Positions 22,720 to 33,601 of a DNA stretch of 34,557 bases are shown piece by piece. The translations under genes and the position numbers were made by a program. The notes under the pieces are model-generated. The model ran no database searches. It was not told the DNA's origin and saw only the letters and a list, made by a program, of their open reading frames with translations. Each line of letters starts with the position of its first letter. The stretch's first letter is position 1. The DNA is taken from assembly GCF_001194135.2 (NCBI RefSeq), contig NC_069000.1, forward strand, positions 30,471,081-30,505,637. The letters run 5' to 3'. This stretch comes from Octopus bimaculoides (taxonomy: Eukaryota).

Positions 22720-24918
22720 TGAAATGAAACATCTTTATTTCATTAGAACATTTAAATACAAAGACACAGGAAAGAAAAGAGATGAAAAAGAAAGAAAATC
22801 AAAAGGTGTGAGGATGTAAAGCAGGAGAAGATGGAGGGGGAAGTGAGGGCGTTGGGTCATGTGACCACAGAACAAACAGTGTGCTCAGCCGTGCCCCACA
22901 GTAATGACCACGATAGCGTTGCCGTGGAGAGTGGTCAGTGACACTCACTGCTGCAACCACTCCACCTCGCGGGGTATTTTCCAACTTGAATGGATTAGTC
23001 ACTTATTGACGTTAATCTTCGACGATATCCCGCTTATTCAGGGATGTTTAAATGTGAGTACAATGATTCGGTTTCGATTTCTAAGTGTTTGGGGATTGCC
23101 AACTATTTCTGGTGTTGTGTTTAAGTAACAACATCCAGAAAGAGTTGTTTTTGACATTTGAGAACATGGAAAAACATGTTTCTACATTCTTTGGGTATGT
23201 CACATAATGCCACACTCCATCTCCACCTCGTATCTTCTTTCCTTTATCTTGTACTTTCTGTTCTCTTTTTCCTTCCTCTATCCTAAATAATCTCTCTAAC
23301 TCTCCTTCCTGCAGTTGTATTTCAGAATCCTTCTCCACTGGAACAACCGGTATCTTTACTGGTAACTCCACTTGTTTTTTACTTTCCCTTTTTTCTTCCT
23401 TCTTCCTGACCTCCATCACAGTTTCTTTTCTCACCTCTTCTCTCTTCTTTTTCTGCTTCTCTGGCGGAGAACTCATTCCTCCGCTCCTCCTTCTTTTCTT
23501 TTTAACCACAGTAANNNNNNNNNNTTTCTCACCTCTTCTCTCTTCTTTTTCTGCTTCTCTGGCGGAGAACTCATTCCTCCGCTCCTCCTTCTTTTCTTTT
23601 TAACCACAGTAAATCAATTCTCTGTTTCTTTTTCTGTTACTATGATCTGGTCCACACTCTCCTGTCTCTCCACCTGTTCTGCTTGTTGTACTCTTTGGGC
23701 GCACCACCCCTTCATGTGGCCCCTCTCTCTACATGTGAAACATGTCGGCGGCCTTCCCTGCACAATAACTCTCAAGCTTACATCTTCTGGCAACACAATC
23801 TCATCCACCACACTGTTCAAATCCTCCGTAGTTTCCTGTATAGTTAATTCGATACCATATCCCCAGTAGTTTACCTCTGGGTGCTGGTAGCCTTCAAGAT
23901 CTTTCCATCCTTCATATTATATGTTATTGCTGTCATCAGCCATTTAATTCGAGTGGCACCCTACTCGCTCGCACTTTGGCCACACGTTTGCCGCAGTAAG
24001 AAGGCAAGAGCACCCATTCTTCTGATCTTGTTGCCTCTGTGGAGTGCTTTATTGCTTCCTCCTCCGTTGTGAAGCGCACCTCCATAATGGCGTATCTCCA
24101 CCCTCTCGTAATGTATGTTGTAAATCTTTTCAACTCCTTGATACATTTGTAGGGAAGTGGTTATACACCATTAGGTGTACTCCGCTTCCGTATATTAAAT
24201 TTCTTGAAGAAACAACAGAACGCAGATTCTGAACTATCAACGCAACAATATTTATTACAATAGAATTCGGCAGCACTTCGCCCTTTGGTTACTGAGACGC
24301 CGTCAATGAAGTTGCGTGGTTATTTGTGTAGCTCCAGAGTTGGAATGCTGGAGAGTGGCTGCTACGACATCTAGGCCCTTCGTCGGCCAGGGTGAAAGAG
24401 ATGAGAAAAGAAGCGCGAAAGCTTGGATGTCGATGACTACGCATGCGCATGAGACTCTTCCTGCACTCCCTCCGGAACCAGTCCCTGCGCATGCGTGGAT
24501 AAAAACTCCGGAAATGTCGTCTGCTATAAAGGCGTCACTACACATTCCTCTATGGCTTCTATTTTCCTCGTGGCTGTCTTCATGGTTTTAAGTGTTACCG
24601 TTCTTTTTAATACGTTGGCCGATAACTCTTCCGGTGGCGTTAGCTTCAGTACGTTACCTTCCTTAGTGATTAATTTTTCACTCTCTTTCATCTTTCTGGG
24701 CTCCACTTTTATTTCTCGGACCTCCAACTCTTGCACGTCTACTCCTTTGCTCGTTGCGGCCGCATAACTGGGGCCTGCCTCTGGCGCCTTCTCCATTTTC
24801 CCCACAATGGGAAACAAAACAACAATTAACGAATTAACAACTTTGGCAACAATTCAAATCAATAACAATGGCAACAATTCGATAAACACTTCATCAGAAA
24901 CTCACGCAATAACTTCAG
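22720..24918 (-). mobile_element. L1/Tx1-like ORF1 (gag-like, zinc knuckle) element without RT
   Basis: ATG at 24796, MEKAPEAGPSYAAA; VIVQGRPPTCFTCRERGHMKGWC (CCHC); charged C-terminus; AATAAA near 22735; frameshifted. Confidence 0.65.
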
Positions 24919-25140
24919 AGACGAAATACCGCTAAGCATTTCGCCCGGCGTGCTAACGATTCTTATTTCTTTATTGCCCACAAGGGGCTAAACATAGAGG
25001 GGACAAACAAGGACAGACAAAGGGGTTAAGTCGATTACATCGACATTAGTGCGTAACTGGTGCTTAATTTATCCACCCCGAAAGGATGAAAGGCAAAGTT
25101 GACCTCGGTGGAATGCTAACGTTTCTGCCAGCGCGCCGCC
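24919..25140 (-). mobile_element. SINE family D head containing a nested 5'-truncated SINE D copy
   Basis: 13-bp duplication TGCTAACGATTCT (24951-24963) and TGCTAACGTTTCT (25114-25126) flanks the insert. Confidence 0.7.
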
Positions 25141-25289
25141 TTAAAACGAGCTGTATTTGTAGGCTCTGCCCACAGTCATGCCACCAGACTATCACGTGAA
25201 CAAATGCCGTTCATTGGATTGAAATGGGATTTGCGCATATGATCAGCTTGTGATTACTCTGTGGCAAAACGTGGGTCGAAACCAACTGT

Positions 25290-25435
25290 TATAGTCTGTT
25301 GCATCGACCCCAGCATTGGACTGCCCCTTTTTTTTTAATCGAATAGGATGAAAGGCAAAGTTGACCCCAGCGGAAATAAAAACGGACGAAACATCGCTCA
25401 GTAGTTTGTTCGGAGTGCTAACAATTCTGCCAATA
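25290..25435 (-). mobile_element. SINE family D (diverged)
   Basis: GGATGAAAGGCAAAGTTGACC..GCTAACAATTCTGCCA. Confidence 0.7.
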
Positions 25436-25606
25436 CATAGACTTGCTAAGGTATGGAGAATGTTACGGAGTCATACTCGCTTGCGAGTGACGGTCATGGT
25501 TGGTTATGTATTTTTAAAAGGCAAATGTCTCTTCCACAGTGCAATGCTTTCAATATTAACCCAGTGTCTCAGATAGCCAAGCCGCTTGCCAAAATAAAAT
25601 AAATTA

Positions 25607-25735
25607 AGCGCGGCTGTGTGGTGAGAAGCTTGCTTTCTAACCACATGGCTCTTAGTTCAGTCCCACTGCATGGCACTTTGGACAAGTGTCTTCCACTATA
25701 ACCTCGGACCAACAAAGCCTTGTGAGTGGATTTGT
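25607..25735 (+). mobile_element. SINE family A (diverged)
   Basis: AGTTCAGTCCCACTGCATGGCAC..AAAGCCTTGTGAGTGGATTTG. Confidence 0.8.
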
Positions 25736-26560
25736 GTGTGTCTCCGTAATAATATTTAAAAAATCTTGTTTATATTCTCCGAATAGTATCTCAACTAACT
25801 GAGTTTTTTCATGTTTTATCTCTCACATTATTTATTAGCAATTTGAATTAAATAAAAGAAGCAACAAAGTTCCAATCATGCGACTTAACCTTTAAAATGA
25901 TAGCTGCTGAGTTGTTTGAATAGATCTCGGAGGAATAATATGTACGTTCGAACTCTGAACGTAAATTAATGTAATTACTAAGTATCAGCCAGGCGGCATT
26001 CAGTTTGACTAACCCCAGTTTTCGTCAAAGTAAATATTAAAAAAAAAAAAATCAGTGAAAAGGAGTAAAAAATGATAGAAAAGAAAAACTTTATAACGAG
26101 AGTTGCCTCCTCTTACATGAATTTCCACAAAAACTATCAGTAGACGGAGGCACTAGTTTGTATGTTTCACTTTAATTATTGTCAGCCTCCGAAAGAGAGA
26201 AAGAAAGAAAGAATAATTGATGACCAAAGACCGTTCGAAGGAGACTTTGAGAAACATTGTAAGTGTTAATTAGACACTCAAATGTAAGTATGGCATTTTC
26301 AGTAACAACTACATTCACATACAAAGGTAGGTAGGTGATGGTGGCGGTGAATGGACGGATGAAATTATGTTTTGATTTTGCTAAAACTGTGTGCGCACAT
26401 ATATATGCGTGCGTATACACACACATATATATACACACACATACACAGTGATATCTTTATACATATACATATGTATATAAGCACATTTGTGGATATGTAT
26501 ATATGTTTTGTATCCGCACATAATTTTTTTTTTTTTTTATAAAAGAGATTCAGGCAAAGT

Positions 26561-26830
26561 TCGCTTTGCAGAGAGGTCGAGGGTTCGATCCTGTTGCATG
26601 GCATCGGGCGATCTTTTACCATATTCTTCAAGTTATTAATGAAATAGCGTAGACGGTAACTGCGCATGGCTGATAGGTGGACTGTACTTGTATTTGATAG
26701 GGCCAGCCTTGTCCCACAGTATATCGCACCAATTCTGTGGACATTATGTCAAGGGTACAAACAGTCATGGAATGCTTGACCACTTCCACAAAAATACAAT
26801 AAGCTGACAGTTCGGATCATCGAACTAGAA
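26561..26830 (+). mobile_element. Old SINE related to family C
   Basis: tRNA-like head fragment with B box GGTTCGATCC; 26690-26830 is homologous to 14235-14375. Confidence 0.55.
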
Positions 26831-27079
26831 TAATTATCAGGGAAACCAGCATAGGTTTATTTATTTATACGCGAAGTTATTTCTGCGGAGTTTTTGAAAT
26901 AGCTGTTATTACCACATAGGGAAAGGAATTTGGTGTTTTCCTTCATTTTTAATATTTCTATATTTTGTACAACAGGAATTACCATTCTGAAAGTATTTTT
27001 TTTTTCTGCAAAAAATTCAATCTAAAAAAAGCACTTTTGCCCTTCAATTTCTTGCTAAGTTTGTTCTCCATTAAGTAGC

Positions 27080-27530
27080 GATAGCCATTCCAATGCTGCG
27101 CCGTTATTTCGACATCCCAACCGGAAGCTGGACAAAGGGGACTTCGGCGGATGTGTAGGGAGAGAGACTCAACGAAACATTTACTATATGCTATGACACA
27201 TTTGCTTTCTGAGGCTTTTCTTCTAAGTGTTGTTTATTCACGTATACTTTGACACTAGTTGCAGAGTTTCGCCAGTATTTTTCCGTGTTCTTCGTTGAAC
27301 TTGAACTCTGCCAACCAGAGAAACACTCGTTTACTTATCCCCTTCGCAATACTTATTACTGTTTTTCCTTCACTGAGAAACTAAATGGGCTGAGCCAAGA
27401 AGTCCTTTTCCACGCTATCGATTTACCACTGAATGACCAGTTAATAACGGGAAACTCCTTGTGGTTGTTAGAACTGCTAGGAAGAAAAACAAAAACAAAA
27501 AAGATCTTTTTCAAATCATACTTCGCCATC
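27080..27530 (+). promoter_or_regulatory. Candidate promoter / first-exon region of the ZNF gene
   Basis: Non-repetitive CpG-rich patch with an ETS-like CCGGAAG motif, directly before the CpG-depleted domain. This is inference only. Confidence 0.4.
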
Positions 27531-28276
27531 TTAAAATAAAAACTCATTGGTTTAATGTTCTTCTGTATGCATTATGTGTGTGTGGATGGAGTTGAGATGG
27601 TAACTGATGGAATTACCATTGATCATAAGTCTGCTCAATCAAGTCTGACCTGGGGTTAAACAACTGCACCAAGCTCCATAAAGCTCCATATGCTAACAAC
27701 AGCATGGATAGGGTGCGTGGAGTTGTACCTCTTAGTGGTACCTGTTTACAGCTACATAGACTGGGTACAATGTGGAGTTGTACTTCTTAGTGTTGCCTGG
27801 TTACAGTAGCATAGACTGGACACTGTTAAATTGTATCTCTGAGTAGAACCTGTGTATAGTTAAGTGGACATAGTACATGGTGTGTTATGTTCCTTAAAAT
27901 GTCTATAGTTTGGTAAATGTAATATATTTGCATAGTATGCCTTTCTTTACTCTCTGCAATAAAAGTCCTCCAGCTCTACTAACCACCCTTGGCTTGAACA
28001 GTCACCTCAAACAGCAGCATCCTTTGCACCCATCAGGACAACGAGGCTCAATCACTCGCTACAGATTAACTACTTGGATACTAGTTAATGCTGTTGCTGC
28101 CAAAGATACTTTTGTTTGGTTCATGTCTGTTTTTAGGTGAACACAGAGCATTATATCTCCATATAATGCCTCTGTAGTTAGCTGACTATAGTCAGGTAGA
28201 TGCAGTACTACGATTTTTGTACATTTGTGTGGTAAATCTTACAGTTTGTGAGCACTGGCATTGTTTGTCAGTCACT

Positions 28277-28802
28277 TCATCATCATTTAACACCTGTTGT
28301 CCATGCCAGTATGGGTTGGACAGTTTGACCAGAGCTAGGGAACTCCACCAGACTCCAGTTTGATTTGGCATGGTTTCTACAGCTGGATGCCCTTCCTGAC
28401 ACCAATCACTTTACAAAGGGTGCCGGGTGCTTTTACGGGACACTGCACTGGTGCTTTTACATGGTGCTGCATGGACAGTTTTATGGGATGCTGCACTGGT
28501 GCTTTTATCTGGCACTGCATAGGTGCTGTTGCATGACACCACCACGAGTGCTTTTTATGTGGCACTGGTACAGGACTCTTGCAGCTCAATCCTCACCACC
28601 AGAGGGAGCGGTCTTAACACTTCTGCTGCAGAGTATGTGTCTTCTTGAGTATAGCAAGGCGCCAGGCATCTTGGTCCTTTGTCAGCCTGCTTGAAGGGTT
28701 CAGCATCTTGAAGTTGTTCTTCAGCACTTCATCCCATGTCTTCCTGGGTCTCCCACTTCCGTGCAGTATGGAAAATGGACATTAAACAATGCTGATGATG
28801 AT
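28277..28802 (-). mobile_element. RTE 3' end / RTE-derived non-autonomous element
   Basis: Minus-strand GSGRPRKTWDEV RTE C-terminus, (GAT)n tail at the left end, internal ~24-bp degenerate repeats at 28425-28570. Confidence 0.7.
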
Positions 28803-30301
28803 AAACAGGTACCAAGTAGTGGTACAACATATTGCATCTTTTGTTTATAACTCAGTAAATTAAGCTCACAAATAGTACCAAGTTACAGCTTTATAGACTT
28901 AACCTATCCAAAATTCCTCTTAATATCTAATCCATACAAGGATAGAAAAATAGGTGTAATAAATGCTGGTAATTGTGATGTAGATTAGATTAGCATGGGT
29001 TGGGTGTTTTACCAATAAACATGGCGAAGTGACTGAGAAGGGATATAAATTAGAGGCTCTGTTATTGCTCTGGGCTGACCTAAGCCTTGTGAGTGAATTC
29101 GACAGATGGCAATTAAAAGAAGCTGTGCATGTGTTTGTGTGAGTTTATATTTCTCCTCATTTTTATGTGTGTTCACTGATTATAAACAATGGGTTTTGCT
29201 GATGTTGTCAGATGGTGTTGTTTGCCTGTAATCCACTGCAAAAACATGTCTGAGCTTGTTTGACATATTGTGCGATCTTTGTAAACAAGAGCTCATTCAA
29301 ATGGTCTTTTTTTTTGTTTCCAGCTCTCTATGTCACCATATCTGGGCTGTTTGTTGTTTGATATATTACTTGGAAACATGTGGGTGCTGGTACCAGGAAG
29401 TGTGTCTAGATACTGAATACTTTCTCCAGTGTACTTTTGTCTGCAGAATTCTGGTTTAAGCACCCCGTATAACCCCTCATAACTTATCCATTTCTTGGAA
29501 TTTTCAGAAATATTTTTTATGAATTTGTGTTCTATGTATGGGAATTCATATGATTATGAAAAAACAAATTTTTTTTTGTGTGTGTGTGAGCTAAGAGAGA
29601 TTTAGCTGATGTTTTTAGCACATCCCACGACCACCTGCTACCTTTCTTGTTGTTTTTTTTTTGTCATTCTGACATGTATTGATGTTCTTCAATATTTTTC
29701 ACCACACAAATACATTTATTGGAATGATGATTCACGCAATGGTGAATCCATTGCTTGGATTTCAGCAAAAATTTCAGACTGTCCATATTATATTTTAAAT
29801 TCTGATTTAAAAGAAAACTTGAAAAAGAGCAGAAATTTTAGGATTTACAGAGGTGGATGGAGATGGGGTTAAAAATGAAAAAAAGAATTTTTTTTTTTCA
29901 TAAATTCCCAAGTGTAGAACACAAGCTCACAAACATTCTTTGCAAATTCCTAAAAATAAAAAAATGTATTGAAGGGTTATATGGGATGCTTAAACCAAAA
30001 TTCCACCCATGCAGATATGGAAAAGTACTTGTTAAAGCAATGATGATACACAGGCACTAACACTTATTGCTGCTATAAACAGGGACCTCAAATACATGCT
30101 TCAGTAGCGATATCAAAGGTAAAATTATTCAACATTACAAACACACAAGTTATTACATATATCAAGGAATCATTCTTGCATCACATCCTCTCTACACTTG
30201 CGTAACAAACAAAACTTGGAAGTCAATTTGAATTCTCAGTTCTCTGATTATCATGAATAAGTGGTCACGTCTAAAGTTAAAGACTTTCCATTGGGGTTTG
30301 C

Positions 30302-30457
30302 AATCATACAACAGGTGTTGTATGATCAATTAGATTAACTAATCATACAACAGGTGTTGTATAATTAATTAGATTACCTAATCATACAACAGGTGTTGTA
30401 TAATTAATTAGATTAACTAATCATACAACAGGTGTTGTATAATTAATTAGATTGACT
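30302..30457. repeat. 4 x 39-bp palindromic minisatellite
   Basis: Unit AATCATACAACAGGTGTTGTAT(G/A)AT(C/T)AATTAGATT(A/G)(A/C)CT starting at 30302, 30341, 30380 and 30419. Confidence 0.95.
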
Positions 30458-30717
30458 CTTTAGCACTTAAACTGGCTAAAATATTCAACCTGATTTATGT
30501 TAAAACTGGTTAGATCTGGCCTCTCACACTGACCCCACTATGTCATTGTAAAAATAAACAATTACATCATTGAAATCTTGAAGCTACAAGCTGTTGCATG
30601 CTTAATTCAAAGCAATGTGCATAAATAAGCATTAGATTTGATAGGAAAATCTGAATACTAAAGAGTTAAAATAGTGTATATTACATTTTAAATACAAAAA
30701 AAAAAGAAAAATTAAAA

Positions 30718-30875
30718 GGTGCAGGTGTGGTTGTGTGGGTAAGAAGCTTACTTCTCAACCTTGTTTCTTTGGGTTCAATCCCACTATATGGCACCTTGGG
30801 CAGATGTCTTCTACTGTAGCCCCAGGCCAACCATGAGTGGATTTGGTAGACAAAAACTGAAAGAAGCTCATTATA
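30718..30875 (+). mobile_element. SINE family A (CpG-decayed)
   Basis: Homologous head with consensus CpGs converted. Confidence 0.8.
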
Positions 30876-31384
30876 TGTGTGTATGTGTTTGCATGGCTTA
30901 GTGGTTAGGGTGTTGCTCTCACTCTAGTGATTGTGATTTCAATTCCTAGACTAGGTGATGCATTGTATTCTTTAGCAAAACACTTCTCATTGGAGCAATC
31001 ACTTCCACACCTGACGTGTGGTACAAGATGCACCTGTTCAGGCAACATGGATTTGATGGAGAGTGTGAGCTAATGTGTGGCATGAAGATTTGATCACTTG
31101 AAACAAATCATTTGTGCAGGATTTTTGGCAAAAGTTGAACACTTGTACATCATCTTCAATGGGAGACTCCATCATATATAGAAATATTACTAGTAAATAA
31201 TAATATTAATGGCGACTGAAGGCATGAACTGTGCAGGTAAGTTTATGAAAATATATATCTATATATCAGGTCATCCCATAAGTTCTGTCCGATTTTACCT
31301 TTTTTAAAATTGAATGAAATTTAATAGTATTTTAGAATGTCTAATGGAATTAAAAACGTTTAACAGCATACAGTCTATTTTTAT

Positions 31385-31535
31385 GTTCAGAGTTCAAATT
31401 CCATTGAGGTCAACCTTACCTTTCATCCATTTGTGGTCGACAAAATGAATTCCAGTTGAATACTGGGGCTGATGTAATCGACTTATCCCCTCTCCTGAAA
31501 TTGCTGGCTTTGCACCAAAATTTGAGACTAATATA
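31385..31535 (+). mobile_element. SINE related to family D
   Basis: GAGTTCAAATTCC..GAGGTCAACCTTACCTTTCATCC..GATGTAATCGACTT. Confidence 0.7.
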
Positions 31536-32014
31536 ACAGCTTAACCCACTAAAGAGTTGCCTTACTGCTTTCAAAATTGTGACCATGTTTTTATTGACCC
31601 AAAATCTGACATGTGTCACACAGAAACATTGAACAAATGATTTGTTTGACTGCTTGAATCTGTCTCATAAGTCAACTACAGATCTATTACAGGTCAGCTA
31701 CCTGTGTGTATCCTTAAACCACTCGCTAACTGTGACTATTTATCAACATGTGCTACAACAAGTCAATAAGGGAAACTCCATGTAGTCATTAAATCTGCAA
31801 GAAGTAGCAACCAGATTTCCTTTAAATCACACTCTACTTTCGTAATGGATAATAGTGACCTAAATACACCGCTTGGGAAAACAAAAAGATGTGATGGTTA
31901 ATTTGGAATGTCTTTAATTATAGCTTTGTTGGATTTGTTGACTTTAGAGTAAATAACAACTGTAGAGACAATTCAAGAATTGTAACAATAAAAAAAAAAT
32001 GTTTTTTAGAACAC

Positions 32015-32360
32015 CTGTGTTATAAGAAGCTTGCTTCCCAACCACATGGTTCTTGGTTCAGTCCCACTGTGTGACACCTTCAACAAATGTCTTCTACTAT
32101 AGCCTCAGGCTGACCAAAGCCTTGAGTGGATTTGGTTGATGGAAACTGAAAAGAAGCCTGTTGTATATATATATAATGTATTTATATCTGTGTGTGTGTT
32201 CATCCTCCCTCCACTGCTTGACAACCAGTTCAGCAAAAGAGACTGATAGAATAAGTATTAGGCTTTAAAAAATGTACTGGGGACAATTCATTTGACTAAA
32301 GATTCTTCAACGTAGGTGCCCCAGCATGGCCACAGTCTAATAACTGAAAAAGGTAAAGAA
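32015..32360 (+). mobile_element. SINE family A, long form (CpG-decayed)
   Basis: Head plus tail homology. Confidence 0.8.
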
Positions 32361-32429
32361 CACCAAAGACAAAAATATGAGATGTTTCAACTCTTCTTTT
32401 GATCTCTCATTTTAGCCCTCATCTTATAG

Positions 32430-32643
32430 TTTACTGTCATTTCTCAACTTGTCTAATCTCTCATGTTAACTATCAACTAACTTGCATCTTTTTATCTCTA
32501 CTCCCTCCTTAACAATCATCTTAACTCTTGTTTGAACTTTAACTGTTATCTTAACAATTTTTACTTTAACTTTAATTGTAATCTTCATCTTGATCTTGTC
32601 TTAATCCTCATTTTAACTTATTCGTTTTAACTCTTATCTTCAG
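32430..32643 (+). promoter_or_regulatory. Extended 3' splice-site region with acceptor CAG
   Basis: No AG from 32430 to 32641; nine (T/C)TAAC motifs; ends TCTTATCTTCAG directly before C-ATG. Confidence 0.75.
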
Positions 32644-32644
32644 C

Positions 32645-33601
32645 ATGAGTGACCTCATCAACTACAATGATTACACAAACATCCCTTCACCTGAGAAGAA
32701 ACCACTGTTTTGTAAGAAGAAACCATTTTCCTGTCGATTCTGCCACAAGAATTTTCAAACTGAATCCATTTTGGCCGTCCATGCTGAGAAAGCTCACCAC
32801 AGCATTATGAGGAAGGAGCGAAAAGACCGAGAACGACTGGGAATGGCCACAGCTTTTGGCTATCCTTGCAAAGTGTGTCAACGACTTTTTGCTTCAGCTG
32901 CTGACCGGGGTGCACATGAGAGAACAGCTCACACTGCCAGAGGCTTTTCTGGTGGTGGCCACCACACCGACAGCAATGACGAAGATGATATTATGTCCAC
33001 AATCACTTCTGCTGCTTCTACCACTGCTACTAATAATACAGCTGCTTCTTCTAGTTCTACCACTAGGACTCCATCATCAGCAGCTCTTCCCCAGCTGTCT
33101 AACCGCAACAATACAAATGCCAACAGGCCATTTACATGCGATGTGTGTGCACGCACCTTTGTCCGACTGTCACACCTGACTTCACATGCTCAGATTCACT
33201 CAGCTGAGAAGCTATTCAAGTGCTCTGAGTGTGGCAAATCGTTCCTACGAGCAGCCAGCCTTACTGAACACATCCAATCGCATACAAAGTCTCCAGCACA
33301 GAATGAGGTGGAAAAGTACTATACTTGTGATGTATGCAACAAAACTTTCCTCAAACAGTCAGTGCTATTGATGCACAAGAAAATACATGAGACTACTCCA
33401 ATGCCACTTGTTGATAAACCACGCTCGTATGAGTGTGAGGTATGCCATAGAAAGTTTGCATATCTCTACTCACTCACTGCTCACCAAGTCATACATAACC
33501 CCCTCAAAAAGGCCTACACTTGTACCACTTGTAAAAGATCTTTTCAGAACATGGTGGCACTATCCAGCCATGTCAAAGGTCAACACATGAAAATGACTTG
33601 A
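32645..33601 (+). CDS. C2H2 zinc-finger protein, 318 aa, 7 fingers
   Basis: Uninterrupted ORF with seven C-x2-C-x12-H-x3/4-H motifs (CRFC, CKVC, CDVC, CSEC, CDVC, CEVC, CTTC) and an acidic/Ser-Thr-rich linker. An N-terminal extension via an upstream exon cannot be excluded. Confidence 0.92.
   Translation: MSDLINYNDYTNIPSPEKKPLFCKKKPFSCRFCHKNFQTESILAVHAEKAHHSIMRKERKDRERLGMATAFGYPCKVCQRLFASAADRGAHERTAHTARGFSGGGHHTDSNDEDDIMSTITSAASTTATNNTAASSSSTTRTPSSAALPQLSNRNNTNANRPFTCDVCARTFVRLSHLTSHAQIHSAEKLFKCSECGKSFLRAASLTEHIQSHTKSPAQNEVEKYYTCDVCNKTFLKQSVLLMHKKIHETTPMPLVDKPRSYECEVCHRKFAYLYSLTAHQVIHNPLKKAYTCTTCKRSFQNMVALSSHVKGQHMKMT

Noticed and set aside
23427-23612. Exact 88-bp tandem duplication (23427-23514 and 23525-23612)
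   Set aside because: The two copies flank a 10-N gap, which is typical of unmerged overlapping contig ends. Probably an assembly artefact.
25770-25950. Possible MITE with TATTCTCCGA/TCGGAGGAATA ends
   Set aside because: The inverted match is too short and imperfect, and no TSD could be assigned.
30302-30457. CRISPR-like palindromic array
   Set aside because: No unique spacers, the units abut directly, the context is eukaryotic and there are no cas genes.
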